A stretch of DNA of 32,000 bases from Synechococcus sp. A15-28 (GTDB lineage Bacteria; Cyanobacteriota; Cyanobacteriia; PCC-6307; Cyanobiaceae): assembly GCF_014280175.1 (NCBI RefSeq), contig NZ_CP047931.1:360001-392000 (forward strand), in the 5' to 3' direction. The notes under the pieces were generated by a model. It had not been told where the DNA came from. It did no database searches and saw only the letters and a list, made by a program, of their open reading frames with translations. The first letter of the stretch is position 1; the number at the start of each line of letters is the position of its first letter. The translations under genes were made by a program, and so were the position numbers. Below are positions 1 to 9,713 of this stretch, piece by piece.

Positions 1-4
1 TTGA

Positions 5-391
<387 letters not shown>

Positions 392-415
392 GGTCAGCCT
401 CGCCAGAATGCAGTC

Positions 416-2401
416 ATGACGGTTTCTTCCATGGGGTCGCGCCAGGGCTTGCGCGGCCAGCTCAACAAGCTGCGCAACCTGGCCCAGCCTTTTTTCCTGC
501 CCCTCGATCAGGCCACGGGCTGGCAATTCGGTGGGTTGCTGGTGGCGCTGCTGTTCTGCGTCGGCGGGTTGGTGCTTGTGGCACTCACCGGTCTGATCAA
601 CGGGGCCGAGCAGTTGTTGCCGGATCTGACGGCCAAGTATTTCGGGGGGGTCTCCGACACCATCGACACGATCTGGAGCAGTGCCTGGGGGGTGGTGTTC
701 AGCGGCCTGTTCCTGATGGGTGGTGCGGCGTTCCTGGCGATGCGCCAGCAGCTGCGCAACCGCCGCTGGCTGCATTGGCTGATGCTCGGCGTGATCGTGC
801 TGATGCTGCTGACGGTCAACGGCATCAATGCCGGTATCGGTTTCATCGCGCGGGATCTCACCAATGCCCTCGTGGCCAAACAGGAGGATGGTTTTTATCG
901 GATCCTGATCATTTACGCCTGCTGCTTCGTGGTGGCGCTGCCGATCCGGGTGTCTCAGATCTTCTTCACGTTGAAGCTGGGGATCATCTGGCGCGACTGG
1001 TTATCTCGCAGCCTGATCGGGGATTACATGCGCAACCGCGCCTATTACGTTCTCAATCCGAATGATGAACAGGCCACGGATGTCGACAATCCGGACCAAC
1101 GCATCACCGATGACACCCGCTCCTTCACGTCCCAGAGCCTTCAATTCACCCTCGGAGTGTTCGATGCTCTGCTGACCTTTTCCCTCAATATCCTGATCCT
1201 CTGGAGCATCAGTACGACGCTGACGTTGTCACTCTTTGGCTATGCCAGTTTTGCGACGGCAATTCTGGTGATCTCCGGGCGCAGGCTGGTGAGGATCAAT
1301 TTTGATCAGCTGCGCTACGAGGCTGATTTCCGCTACGGCTTGGTTCACATCCGCAATAACGCCGAGTCGATTGCCTTCTATTCCGGGGAAGAGCCGGAGT
1401 CCGCTGAAACCGAGCGTCGTCTCGGTTCCGTTGTTCGCAACTTCAACCTCCTGATCATTTGGCGGGTTATCATCGATGTGATGCGTCGTTCGATCGGATA
1501 TGCCGGAAATTTCTTCCCTTATCTGGTGATGGCCGTCCCTTATTTTGCCGGGGAGATTGATTATGGCGGCTTCATTCAAGCCAACTTCGCCTTCGGAATG
1601 GTGGAAGGATCGTTGTTCTATGTGGTGAATCAGATTGAAGAACTGGCTCAATTCACGGCCGGGATTTCCCGCCTAGAGGGTTTCCAAAGCGAGGTGGAGC
1701 AGGTGAGCAGGGAGGCCCAAGGTGCCGATCCGGTGCAGCTGGGAGCCGAATCAATCGTGGTGCGCCACGCCGACCTCACCCCACCCGGTGCCGACCAGCC
1801 GATCGTGCGGGATCTCAGCCTCAGCGTGGGTGAAACCGACAAATTGCTGGTGGTGGGTCCCTCCGGTTGCGGCAAAACCTCGCTGCTGCGGATGATCAGC
1901 GGTCTCTGGTCCCCCAGCAAGGGGAATGTGGAGCGTCCGCCCACCGGCGAACTGCTGTTCATTCCTCAGAAGCCCTACATGCTGCTGGGGTCGTTACGGG
2001 AACAGCTCTGCTATCCCACCGATGAGGGTCGCTTCAGTGACGACCAACTCCGCCATGTGCTGGATGAGGTCAATCTCGGCACACTCTCGGAGCGCTACCC
2101 CGACCTCGACGTTAAGCAGGACTGGCCCCGCATCCTTTCCCTCGGGGAGCAGCAACGTCTCGCCTTCGGCCGGTTGCTGCTGAATGCTCCACGCTTCGTG
2201 GTGCTGGATGAAGCCACCAGCGCCCTTGACGTGGCGACGGAGGATCACCTCTATGCCCTGCTGCGCCAGCGGGAGCTGGCGGTGATCAGCATCGGCCATC
2301 GGCCCACGCTTAAGCAGTTCCACGACAGTGTCCTCGAACTCAAGGGTGACGGCGGCTGGCGGCTCATGCCGGCGACCAGCTATGACTTCGGGCGTTCCTG
2401 A
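416..2401 (+). CDS. Fused permease/ATPase ABC transporter (ABCD / SbmA-BacA-like family)
   Basis: 661 aa. N-terminal multi-TM half contains NAESIAFYSGEE, as in ABCD-type transporters. Walker A GPSGCGKTS, signature LSLGEQQR, Walker B FVVLDEATSALD. Confidence 0.9.
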   Translation: MTVSSMGSRQGLRGQLNKLRNLAQPFFLPLDQATGWQFGGLLVALLFCVGGLVLVALTGLINGAEQLLPDLTAKYFGGVSDTIDTIWSSAWGVVFSGLFLMGGAAFLAMRQQLRNRRWLHWLMLGVIVLMLLTVNGINAGIGFIARDLTNALVAKQEDGFYRILIIYACCFVVALPIRVSQIFFTLKLGIIWRDWLSRSLIGDYMRNRAYYVLNPNDEQATDVDNPDQRITDDTRSFTSQSLQFTLGVFDALLTFSLNILILWSISTTLTLSLFGYASFATAILVISGRRLVRINFDQLRYEADFRYGLVHIRNNAESIAFYSGEEPESAETERRLGSVVRNFNLLIIWRVIIDVMRRSIGYAGNFFPYLVMAVPYFAGEIDYGGFIQANFAFGMVEGSLFYVVNQIEELAQFTAGISRLEGFQSEVEQVSREAQGADPVQLGAESIVVRHADLTPPGADQPIVRDLSLSVGETDKLLVVGPSGCGKTSLLRMISGLWSPSKGNVERPPTGELLFIPQKPYMLLGSLREQLCYPTDEGRFSDDQLRHVLDEVNLGTLSERYPDLDVKQDWPRILSLGEQQRLAFGRLLLNAPRFVVLDEATSALDVATEDHLYALLRQRELAVISIGHRPTLKQFHDSVLELKGDGGWRLMPATSYDFGRS

Positions 2402-2410
2402 TTCGGCCGG

Positions 2411-2611
2411 ATGACCTCCACCAGCGAGACCCCAGACCCCACGTCCGTTCCTGAGACCTCGGCCACCACAACCGATGTTCCTGCCTTCGGCTGGAGCGGT
2501 TATGCCGAGCGGGTCAACGGCCGCTTTGCCATGGTCGGTTTCGCAGCAGTCCTGGTGATCGAGGCGATCAGCGGTGACACCTTCCTGCACTGGGCTGGGT
2601 TGCTGCCCTGA
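2411..2611 (+). CDS. hli: High-light-inducible protein (HLIP, CAB/ELIP/HLIP superfamily)
   Basis: 66 aa with a single TM helix carrying the chlorophyll-binding motif ERVNGRFAMVGFAAVLVIE. Confidence 0.85.
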   Translation: MTSTSETPDPTSVPETSATTTDVPAFGWSGYAERVNGRFAMVGFAAVLVIEAISGDTFLHWAGLLP

Positions 2612-3091
2612 TCAGGGCAGTCGGATCAAATCCACCTCCCAGCGCCCACCACGGCTCACCTGCACCACCAGCCGTCGCCCATCCCCGTTGAGGCTCACGG
2701 CCCGGGGCACCCCTGGGGGCTCCAGTGGCAGCCGTTGCACGGCCCCCACATTGCGGCGGTAGAGCACCAGCTCGGTGCGCTCGTCTCGCTGCTGCACCAC
2801 CGCTAGTCGCGCGCCATCCGCACTGACGCTGACGCTGATCGGCTGGGCATCAGCGCGATTCAGTCCTGGTAGTGGCACCGGTTGCCGAGCCCCCAGATCA
2901 ATCAGTTCCACCCGTTCACGTCCACCCCGCAGGGTCAGGCTCGCCAGCCAGCGCTGCGCCAGGGCCGGGTCCCTCCGGCTGCCGGCGCTCTGTCGCAGCA
3001 GACCATTGAGATCGGGCAGCGGTTTCGGCCGTGGCCCACTGCAGCCCAGCAGCAGCACAGAGAGCAGCAGCAGCCAGGGAAATGGCGTCAT
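2612..3091 (-). CDS. Lipoprotein with PD40/TolB-like beta-propeller repeats (paralog B)
   Basis: Signal peptide plus lipobox MTPFPWLLLLSVLLLGCS. PD40-like repeats (SVSADGARLAVV, SLNGDGRRLVV). Its ATG overlaps the upstream stop as ATGA at 3088-3091. Confidence 0.6.
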   Translation of the reverse strand: MTPFPWLLLLSVLLLGCSGPRPKPLPDLNGLLRQSAGSRRDPALAQRWLASLTLRGGRERVELIDLGARQPVPLPGLNRADAQPISVSVSADGARLAVVQQRDERTELVLYRRNVGAVQRLPLEPPGVPRAVSLNGDGRRLVVQVSRGGRWEVDLIRLP

Positions 3092-3624
3092 TGGGTGCCC
3101 TCCAATGGCGCGGTGGTGAGCGCCTGGCCGGCGGCACGATCGGGCTCCAGCAGGTCACTGAGGTCGAGGACTTCCACCCGCCACTGACCCTGGTCGGCCA
3201 CTTGCAGGGCAAGGCGCCGGGCATCCGGCGCCAGGCTCAGACGCACCGGATCCCGTCCGCCGGGAAGGGGCAGTGGATGCAGACGTCCATTGAGACGGTC
3301 CAGAATCACCGCCAGCCGGCGTTGTCCGCGTTGGGTGATCAGGGCCAGATAACGACCGTTCCAGCTCAGGGAGGGTGAGCTGTGGGGCTGATGGCGTCGG
3401 AGTTGTGGCACAGGCTTGTCGCTGCCGTCCACCCCGCGTAGTCGAACCGTCGGTCGGCCCTGGAGCTGCGTGATCACCGCCAACAGGCGCCCGTCGCCGC
3501 TGAGGGCGGGATCCTCCTGGCTGCGGCTCATCCAGGCGTTGCCAGTTCTCTCAACCCGGGCACTGCAACCCAGCAGGCTGACGGCCAGCAGGAGCAGCAG
3601 TAGCGGCGATTGGACCGACTTCAG
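3088..3624 (-). CDS. Lipoprotein with PD40/TolB-like repeats (paralog A); probable non-canonical CTG start
   Basis: The ORF track starts at ATG 3531, but the frame is open upstream to 3750 with no ATG/GTG/TTG. That upstream stretch encodes a perfect lipoprotein signal, (L/M)KSVQSPLLLLLLAVSLLGCS. CTG at 3624-3622 overlaps the ycf66 stop (CTGA). PD40-like repeats LSGDGRLLAV, SLSWNGRYLAL, SLAPDARRLAL. Confidence 0.5.
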   Translation of the reverse strand: MKSVQSPLLLLLLAVSLLGCSARVERTGNAWMSRSQEDPALSGDGRLLAVITQLQGRPTVRLRGVDGSDKPVPQLRRHQPHSSPSLSWNGRYLALITQRGQRRLAVILDRLNGRLHPLPLPGGRDPVRLSLAPDARRLALQVADQGQWRVEVLDLSDLLEPDRAAGQALTTAPLEGTQ

Positions 3625-4496
3625 TCGTCGAAGCGGGAGCTGTTGTCCCGGGGACGCGATGAAGGGCCGCTGTTGCGGGAACTTTTGGGGGCTGGTCGAC
3701 TTGGAGCCGGGCGGCTTCCCGTGGGTCGCTTCGCGCTGAAGGCGGCATCTTCAGCGGCGGGGCGGTTGGGTTGAGCGGCCGTGCTGGTGCGGGGTTCCGG
3801 AGCTGAGTCGACCGCCGTGCGACCGACGGGGCGACTGCCGCGGCGCTGGTCCTGGCGTTGGGTGCGGCGATCACCGAAGTCGGTACGCTTGTCCTGAGAC
3901 TCTTCGCCAGCGCGGAAACGGGCCATGCGGCGGGAGCGCTCATCGTCCTGTCGAGGCCAGCGCTCTTCAGGGCGCTCGTCATTGCGGCTGCGGCGACTTT
4001 CCGCCTGTTCAGGGATGGCGGCGCGGGAGGGGGAGGTGCGGCGCGGGCTGTAGCTCTCCTCCAGGGGTTCGTCGTCGAAGCGGTCGTCCCGTCCGCTGAA
4101 CCGTCTGCGTAAGGGCTGAGGCTCATCGAAGCGGTCGTAGCCCTCATCCCAGCCATCTTTCAAGCCGCCGGGGCCATCTCGGGATGGTGCCGGCTCGTCA
4201 TCGAAGTAGGCAGACCGCCGTGCTTGCTCCGTGGCCACACCCCGCAAACGCACACTTTCGTAGGCGAAAAACACCGTGGTGCCCGCCAGAAGGAATTGAC
4301 CGAACTGGAGAATTGGATCCAGGCGCCAGCCCTGGAAGAAGAGAATGCCTCCGCAGAGCAGACCGATGGCGGCAAAGAAAACGTCGTAATCCCGAGCTAA
4401 AGCGGGCTTGAACGAGCGCATGAAGTAAAGCAGCGCTCCGCCGACGGCCAGCACGATGCCGACGATGCTGGCCCAATTAAGACTGGCGTTAACCAA
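3621..4496 (-). CDS. ycf66: Ycf66-family membrane protein with a long disordered C-terminal tail
   Basis: The N-terminal ~85 aa match the Ycf66_N pattern (LYFMRSFKPALARDYDVFFAAIGLLCGGILFFQGWRLDPILQFGQFLLAG). The remaining ~200 aa are R/D/E/P/S-rich low complexity. Confidence 0.8.
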   Translation of the reverse strand: MVNASLNWASIVGIVLAVGGALLYFMRSFKPALARDYDVFFAAIGLLCGGILFFQGWRLDPILQFGQFLLAGTTVFFAYESVRLRGVATEQARRSAYFDDEPAPSRDGPGGLKDGWDEGYDRFDEPQPLRRRFSGRDDRFDDEPLEESYSPRRTSPSRAAIPEQAESRRSRNDERPEERWPRQDDERSRRMARFRAGEESQDKRTDFGDRRTQRQDQRRGSRPVGRTAVDSAPEPRTSTAAQPNRPAAEDAAFSAKRPTGSRPAPSRPAPKSSRNSGPSSRPRDNSSRFDD

Positions 4497-4544
4497 GGAA
4501 GCGCCTCTCGCTAGACCACCAGTCTACGAGCGGCGCCAGAGGGA

Positions 4545-4667
4545 TCAGAGCTTGCGATCGAGGCGGTCGGTTTGGCTGATCAGGATCAGGCCGATGGTGG
4601 CGGGGACCACAACGATCAAACCTCCCCAAACGAGGCTGCTCAGGAAATTGGAGAGGGAGGGGGTCAT
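4545..4667 (-). CDS. psbX: Photosystem II reaction-centre protein X
   Basis: 40-aa ORF not in the ORF track: [40 protein letters not shown]. It has the typical PsbX N-terminus and single TM helix. Confidence 0.85.
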   Translation of the reverse strand: MTPSLSNFLSSLVWGGLIVVVPATIGLILISQTDRLDRKL

Positions 4668-4746
4668 GGCGTCGGTGCCGTCGGAATCAAAGCCGCAGCG
4701 ATCCTAGGGATCGGGACCCGCTTTCTACGATGCCGGTCCCAATGCT

Positions 4747-5076
4747 TTGAGCTTTGTGACGCCATTGCTGCTTCAGGTGCTTCCTGCGATCCACCTGATT
4801 CTGGGGTTGCTGCTGGCGGCACTGACCCTGGCGTTCCTGCTGCGAATCGTGCTCACCTGGTATCCCCAGGTGGATCTCACGGCGGGTGCCTGGCCCCTGA
4901 TCGCCTGGCCCACAGAGCCTGTGCTCGCGCTGACCCGCAAGGTTGTGGCTCCGATCGGGGGCGTGGACGTGACGCCGGTGATCTGGGTCGGGCTGCTCAG
5001 CCTGCTGCGCGAACTTCTCGTCGGCCAGCAGGGATTGCTGTCTCAGGTGTTGATGCGCTCCCAGGCGATCAGTTGA
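4747..5076 (+). CDS. ycf19: YggT/Ycf19-family membrane protein
   Basis: 109 aa with the YggT pattern ([13 protein letters not shown] ... [26 protein letters not shown]). Start is uncertain: TTG 4747, GTG 4756 or TTG 4765. Confidence 0.8.
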   Translation: MSFVTPLLLQVLPAIHLILGLLLAALTLAFLLRIVLTWYPQVDLTAGAWPLIAWPTEPVLALTRKVVAPIGGVDVTPVIWVGLLSLLRELLVGQQGLLSQVLMRSQAIS

Positions 5077-6415
5077 GCATGTCCTGCTCGACGAACTTGG
5101 TGTGCACGTCGCCGTTGATGAACTCCGGCCGGTCCAGCAGCGCCAGATGGAATTCCACGGTGGTTGGGATCCCAGTAACGGCACATTCATTCAGGGCTCG
5201 TTTCATCCGCGACAACGCCATCTCGCGGTTGCGGCCCCAGACGATCAGCTTGCCGATCAGCGAGTCGTAGAAGGGGGGGATGTCGTAGCCGGTGTACACG
5301 TGGCTGTCGACCCGTACGCCCGGCCCCCCCGGTGGCAGCCAGCCGGTGATGCGCCCTGGAGCTGGCCGGAAATTGTGGGTGGCGTCTTCGGCGTTGATCC
5401 GGCATTCGATCGCATGGCCGGAGAGGTTGATCTCTTCCTGTTGAACGCTGATGGGCTCGCCCCCGGCGATGCGCAGCTGTTCAGCGATCAGGTCGATGCC
5501 CGTCACCATCTCCGTCACGGGATGCTCAACCTGGATGCGGGTGTTCATCTCCATGAAATAAAAGCCCCCGTTGCGATCCAGGAGGAACTCAACGGTGCCG
5601 GCGCCCTCATAGTTGATGCTGCGGGCGGCGGCCACCGCGGCTTCCCCCATGCGCCGGCGCAGATCGGGATCCAGGGCCGGGCTGGGGGCTTCCTCCAGCA
5701 ATTTCTGATGACGCCGTTGAATCGAGCAGTCCCGTTCGCCGAGGTGGACGACATTGCCGTGGCGATCCGCCAGCACCTGCACTTCCACGTGTCGGGGGCG
5801 ATCGATGAACTTCTCCAAGTAGAGCCCGGGATTGCCGAAGGCGGCCTCCGCTTCGCCCTGGGCGGCTTTGAACAGGTTGTTCAGCTGGTCCGGGCTCTGG
5901 ACCAGACGCATGCCGCGACCACCGCCGCCGGCGGTGGCCTTGATCATCACGGGATAGCCCATCTGTTCCGCCAGCACGGTGGCATCCTCAGTGCCGGACA
6001 GCAAACCTTCGCTGCCGGGCACTGTCGGTACGCCGACCGCTTGCATGGTGGCCTTGGCGGTGGATTTGTCCCCCATGGAACGGATCGCGTGGGGGGAGGG
6101 ACCGATGAAGGTCAGGCCGTGGTCGCCGCACATTTCGGCGAATTTGTCGTTTTCAGCCAGAAAGCCGTATCCGGGGTGGATCGCGTCCACACCGCGGGAG
6201 GTGGCGGCGGCGAGAATGTTGGGAACGTTGAGATAGCTCTTGCTGCTCAGGGCGTCACCCACACAGACCGCTTCATCGGCCAGCTGGACATGGAGTGCGT
6301 CCTTATCCACCGTGCTGTAAACGGCGACGGTCGCGATGCCGAGTTCCCGGCAGCTGCGCAGGATCCGTAGGGCAATTTCGCCGCGGTTGGCGATCAGCAC
6401 TTTGCCGATGGGCAT
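5069..6415 (-). CDS. accC: Acetyl-CoA carboxylase, biotin carboxylase subunit
   Basis: 448 aa with [31 protein letters not shown] and [13 protein letters not shown]. Confidence 0.97.
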   Translation of the reverse strand: MPIGKVLIANRGEIALRILRSCRELGIATVAVYSTVDKDALHVQLADEAVCVGDALSSKSYLNVPNILAAATSRGVDAIHPGYGFLAENDKFAEMCGDHGLTFIGPSPHAIRSMGDKSTAKATMQAVGVPTVPGSEGLLSGTEDATVLAEQMGYPVMIKATAGGGGRGMRLVQSPDQLNNLFKAAQGEAEAAFGNPGLYLEKFIDRPRHVEVQVLADRHGNVVHLGERDCSIQRRHQKLLEEAPSPALDPDLRRRMGEAAVAAARSINYEGAGTVEFLLDRNGGFYFMEMNTRIQVEHPVTEMVTGIDLIAEQLRIAGGEPISVQQEEINLSGHAIECRINAEDATHNFRPAPGRITGWLPPGGPGVRVDSHVYTGYDIPPFYDSLIGKLIVWGRNREMALSRMKRALNECAVTGIPTTVEFHLALLDRPEFINGDVHTKFVEQDMLN

Positions 6416-6533
6416 CCCGCAGCAGTTCAGGCCTGATGGCGGATCGTATCAGCGACGACCGGGACGTTCTAGGCCCTGACCCCCAGTCGGTATGATCGCT
6501 TCTCGACAAAGCCCGAGCGGCTGAGTCGACCAC

Positions 6534-6615
6534 GCGGATGTGGTGGAATTGGTAGACACGCACGTTTGAGGGGCGTGTGGCTTCGGCCTTGCGAGTTCAA
6601 GTCTCGCCATCCGCA
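6534..6615 (+). tRNA. tRNA-Leu (anticodon GAG), type II with long variable arm, CCA not encoded
   Basis: Hand-folded cloverleaf. Acceptor GCGGATG/CATCCGC plus discriminator A; 3-bp D stem GTG/CAC. Anticodon stem CACGT/GCGTG with loop TTGAGGG. Variable arm GGC-TTCG-GCC; T arm GCGAG-TTCAAGT-CTCGC. Confidence 0.92.
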
Positions 6616-6625
6616 CTCCATTTCC

Positions 6626-7897
6626 TTGGACAGACCTGCGACCGACGATCCCGGGCCTGCCGTTGTTCTTGTCTCCAACGGACCCGGTGAACTGAGCACC
6701 TGGGTTCGTCCGCTGGCGGAACGTCTGCATGCGACCGTTCCGCTGAGACCGAGAACGCCGGGAACGGCTGCAAGCTTGCAGTTGGTGCTGGTGCCCTGTC
6801 CGAACGCCACGGGTCAGGAACGGGCAGCCGCTGGACCCTGGGGCCTGTTTGAGCGCATCACCCCGGCGGGGCGGTTCTGGGACCTGCTCCTGCGCCCTGG
6901 GCGCTATGGCCCCTGGCCTCGGCGTGGGGTCGTGGTGTTCCTCGGGGGGGATCAGTTCTGGACGGTGTTGCTGTCGGCCCGTCTGGGGTACCGGCACATC
7001 ACCTATGCGGAGTGGGTGGCCCGCTGGCCCGGTTGGAATGATCGCGTCGCCGCCATGTCGGAGGCGGTGCTTCAGCAGCTGCCCCGGCGCTATCAGCCCC
7101 GCTGCCGGGTGGTGGGGGATCTGATGGCGGATCTTTCCACTTTTGCCCGCCAGGCCTCTCCGTTGCCCGAGGGGGAATGGATCGGTTTGCTGCCGGGCTC
7201 CAAGCCGGCGAAGTTGAGCATCGGCATGCCGTTTCTGCTGGAGACGGCGGATCGCCTGGCGCAGCTGCGCCCCGGTTGCCGCTTCCTGCTGCCGGTAGCG
7301 CCCACCACCAGCGTCGAGGAGTTGCTGCGTTTCGCCGGACCGGCCAATCCGATTGCCCGCGCCTACAGCAGTGCCGTGGCGGATGTTGGCGATGGCGTGC
7401 TGCGCACCCGGGCCGGGACGCCCATTCACCTGGTGGTGGAGCACCCTGCCCATGGTCTCCTCAGCCAGTGCCAGTTGGCCCTGACCACCGTTGGAGCCAA
7501 CACTGCGGAACTGGGTGCCCTGGGGGTGCCGATGATCGTGATCGTGCCGACCCAGCACCTGGAGGTGATGCAGGCCTGGGATGGTGGCCTGGGTTTGTTG
7601 GCACGGTTGCCAGGACTGCGGCGGATCATCGGCGTGCTGCTCTCCCTGTGGAGGCTGCGCAACAACGGGTTGATGGCCTGGCCCAACATCAGTGCCGGTC
7701 GTGCGGTGGTCCCCGAGCGGGTCGGTGCCATCACACCGCAGCAGATCGCAGCGGAGGCGGCGGAATGGCTGGCAGCACCGACGCGGCTGCAGGGCCAGCG
7801 GGCTGATCTCCAGGCTCTGCGAGGACAACCCGGCGCTGTTTCGGCGCTGGCGGAGGAGGTGCGTCAGTTGCTGCCTCGTCAGCTGGACTCTGCCTAG
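6626..7897 (+). CDS. Lipid-A-disaccharide synthase-related glycosyltransferase (LpxB-like)
   Basis: Contains SNGPGELSTWVRP and TTVGANTAELGALGVPMIV. The ORF-track start at 6566 lies inside tRNA-Leu, so the in-frame TTG at 6626 just after the tRNA is the more likely start. Confidence 0.75.
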   Translation: MDRPATDDPGPAVVLVSNGPGELSTWVRPLAERLHATVPLRPRTPGTAASLQLVLVPCPNATGQERAAAGPWGLFERITPAGRFWDLLLRPGRYGPWPRRGVVVFLGGDQFWTVLLSARLGYRHITYAEWVARWPGWNDRVAAMSEAVLQQLPRRYQPRCRVVGDLMADLSTFARQASPLPEGEWIGLLPGSKPAKLSIGMPFLLETADRLAQLRPGCRFLLPVAPTTSVEELLRFAGPANPIARAYSSAVADVGDGVLRTRAGTPIHLVVEHPAHGLLSQCQLALTTVGANTAELGALGVPMIVIVPTQHLEVMQAWDGGLGLLARLPGLRRIIGVLLSLWRLRNNGLMAWPNISAGRAVVPERVGAITPQQIAAEAAEWLAAPTRLQGQRADLQALRGQPGAVSALAEEVRQLLPRQLDSA

Positions 7898-7927
7898 GGT
7901 TCTGCTGCTTTTCGACTGAGATGTCCG

Positions 7928-8323
7928 ATGTCCGAGCGGATCGAGCGCTCCCCTGAGGAGTGGAAGCAGACACTCTCGCCGGAGCAGTTTCAGGTGGCCC
8001 GCTGCGGTGGCACCGAACGGGCCTTTACGGGGGCGTACTGGAACAAGAAGGACAGCGGGACGTATCACTGCATCTGTTGCGATGCACCGCTGTTCAGCTC
8101 GACCACCAAGTTTGAGTCGGGCACCGGCTGGCCCAGCTTCTGGGATGGGATCTCGTCAGAGGCCATCACCACCAAGCAGGACCTGAGCCACGGCATGGTG
8201 CGCGTGGAGATCAACTGTGCCCGCTGCGATGCGCATCTTGGCCATGTGTTTCCCGATGGCCCCGCCCCCACCGGTCAGCGCTACTGCGTCAACAGTGCCT
8301 CGCTAAACTTCAAGGCCGGTTGA
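7928..8323 (+). CDS. msrB: Peptide-methionine (R)-S-oxide reductase
   Basis: 131-aa SelR domain with two CxxC pairs ([20 protein letters not shown]) and catalytic RYCVNS. Confidence 0.95.
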   Translation: MSERIERSPEEWKQTLSPEQFQVARCGGTERAFTGAYWNKKDSGTYHCICCDAPLFSSTTKFESGTGWPSFWDGISSEAITTKQDLSHGMVRVEINCARCDAHLGHVFPDGPAPTGQRYCVNSASLNFKAG

Positions 8324-8326
8324 TCC

Positions 8327-8605
8327 TCAGGGCTGCCAGTGCAGCTGGCCGGTGCCGCCGTTGCAGTAATTGGTGGCCTTGTTGCGCTCACTGACGCTGA
8401 CGTCATCACGGATCTGGCCATCGCTGAGTCGATGGCCATGCAGCACCTGGCGGTAGCGCTGGTCAACGCAGCGTTCAAGAGCATCGGGCTGAGACACGTT
8501 GTAGGCCACGAGACTGAGCAGAATCAGGACTCCAGCGCGATACAGCGAGGACCAGACAGGTCGATCATCCTGGGTTGGAGCAGGAACCGCCCGTAAATGC
8601 CGCAC
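8327..8605 (-). CDS. Small hypothetical membrane-anchored or secreted protein (start uncertain, GTG 8605 proposed)
   Basis: This is the C-terminal part of the 203-aa ORF frame. A hydrophobic helix (VWSSLYRAGVLILLSLVAYNV) is followed by a Cys-containing soluble tail. There is no in-frame ATG nearby, and the upstream part of the long ORF overlaps the PRC-barrel gene. Confidence 0.35.
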   Translation of the reverse strand: MRHLRAVPAPTQDDRPVWSSLYRAGVLILLSLVAYNVSQPDALERCVDQRYRQVLHGHRLSDGQIRDDVSVSERNKATNYCNGGTGQLHWQP

Positions 8606-8669
8606 AGGTCGTCGGACTGGCGGAGACGTCACGCGGGAATCGAGTGATGACCCGTGAATTACACCGCCC

Positions 8670-9677
8670 TCACCAGGGGTCGTCGAGGTCGTCTTCAGCG
8701 GCTGCCGGTCGGCTGTTGCGTGGCGGTTGTTCGCGCTCCATCGGTTCCACGTCCATGGGTTCGACATCCATCGGTTCAACATCCATCGGTTCAACATCCA
8801 TGGGTTCCCGTTGGGGTGGCATGGCCCGGCGCGACACCGGCATCGAGCGGCGTGGCAGGGGATACGGATCCTCCGGTTCCTCATCGAGATACCGGCGCTG
8901 AGGGATCGCGTCGCGGCGTCGCTCCTCGAGCTCGACATATTCCATGTCCTCCTCCGGCTCGAAGCGGGCGCTGTCGGCGGCGGTCAGCCGCCGTTGTTCC
9001 TCTTCCATGGGTTGGCCGGAGCTCAACTGGTTCTCCACCGGCACAAGATTGACGCGGTAGCGCTCCCGCTCCTGCTCCTCCCAGCTCGGTCCGCCGACCC
9101 CCAGCTTCTCCAGCACGCCGCTGTTGAGCTGCTTGAGCTTGTCTTCAGCGCCCTCGTAAACAATGATTCGATCCGGGCCGCTGCTGACGATCTCCTCCAC
9201 CGGCATCTCCCAGGTGCTGAGCACGCCCTCCCCCAGCAGGGGGACGCCAAGGGCACCCATCACCAGGGTGGTGAGTTCACCGGTTTCGATGTCGAAGGCA
9301 AAACCGAGCACCCGACCGAGCTGCCGGCCGGATTCGGTGATCACCTGGCAGTTGATCACCCGGCTGTAGCGCTCAGGGTTGAAGCCGTCGCTGAGGGAAT
9401 CGGCCGAATCCACCAGGATCACATCACCCACCTGGCGGATCCGGTCCAGCGGCATCCAGCGGGGCAGGCCCGGCAGGAAGCGGGTCAAGGGGTTGTCGCG
9501 CAGTCCGACGGCCACCACTTCGCGGCGGTCGATATCAACGATCACCTCGCCGACGACCCCCAGTCGCCGGCCCGTGTCGCGGGTGATCACCTGGGTTCCC
9601 ATCAGCTCCGAGCGCAACCAGATGCGGTCGCTAGGCACCCCGGTCTGGGCGTCGTTCGCGGGAGGGGTCAGACTCAT
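8670..9677 (-). CDS. PRC-barrel domain protein with acidic repeat-containing tail
   Basis: 335 aa with two PRC-barrel-like modules (LMGTQVITRDTGRRLGVVGEVIVD; VINCQVITESGRQLGRVLGFAFD). The C-terminus is E/D/R/P-rich and includes (EPMDV)x4. Confidence 0.8.
   Translation of the reverse strand: MSLTPPANDAQTGVPSDRIWLRSELMGTQVITRDTGRRLGVVGEVIVDIDRREVVAVGLRDNPLTRFLPGLPRWMPLDRIRQVGDVILVDSADSLSDGFNPERYSRVINCQVITESGRQLGRVLGFAFDIETGELTTLVMGALGVPLLGEGVLSTWEMPVEEIVSSGPDRIIVYEGAEDKLKQLNSGVLEKLGVGGPSWEEQERERYRVNLVPVENQLSSGQPMEEEQRRLTAADSARFEPEEDMEYVELEERRRDAIPQRRYLDEEPEDPYPLPRRSMPVSRRAMPPQREPMDVEPMDVEPMDVEPMDVEPMEREQPPRNSRPAAAEDDLDDPW
8739..8807. repeat. 15-bp in-frame tandem repeat (~4.6 copies) inside the PRC-barrel gene
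   Basis: catcggttccacgtc / catgggttcgacatc / catcggttcaacatc / catcggttcaacatc / catgggttc. On the minus strand these encode EPMDV repeats. Confidence 0.9.
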
Positions 9678-9713
9678 CGCGCCATTGTGACGTAGGGCTT
9701 CTGCTCTGCCAGT

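Noticed and set aside
3551-4156. 201-aa minus-strand ORF and 84-aa + strand ORF inside the ycf66 tail.
   Set aside because: They are A/P/R/S-rich alternative frames of the low-complexity ycf66 extension. No start-site or motif support.
5102-6370. 422-aa + strand ORF.
   Set aside because: It is antisense to accC, whose identity is unambiguous. The ORF is a G+C-rich artefact.
6449-8068. 539-aa minus-strand ORF.
   Set aside because: It is antisense to the LpxB-like gene and runs straight through tRNA-Leu. Its R/P/G/Q-rich composition has no motifs.
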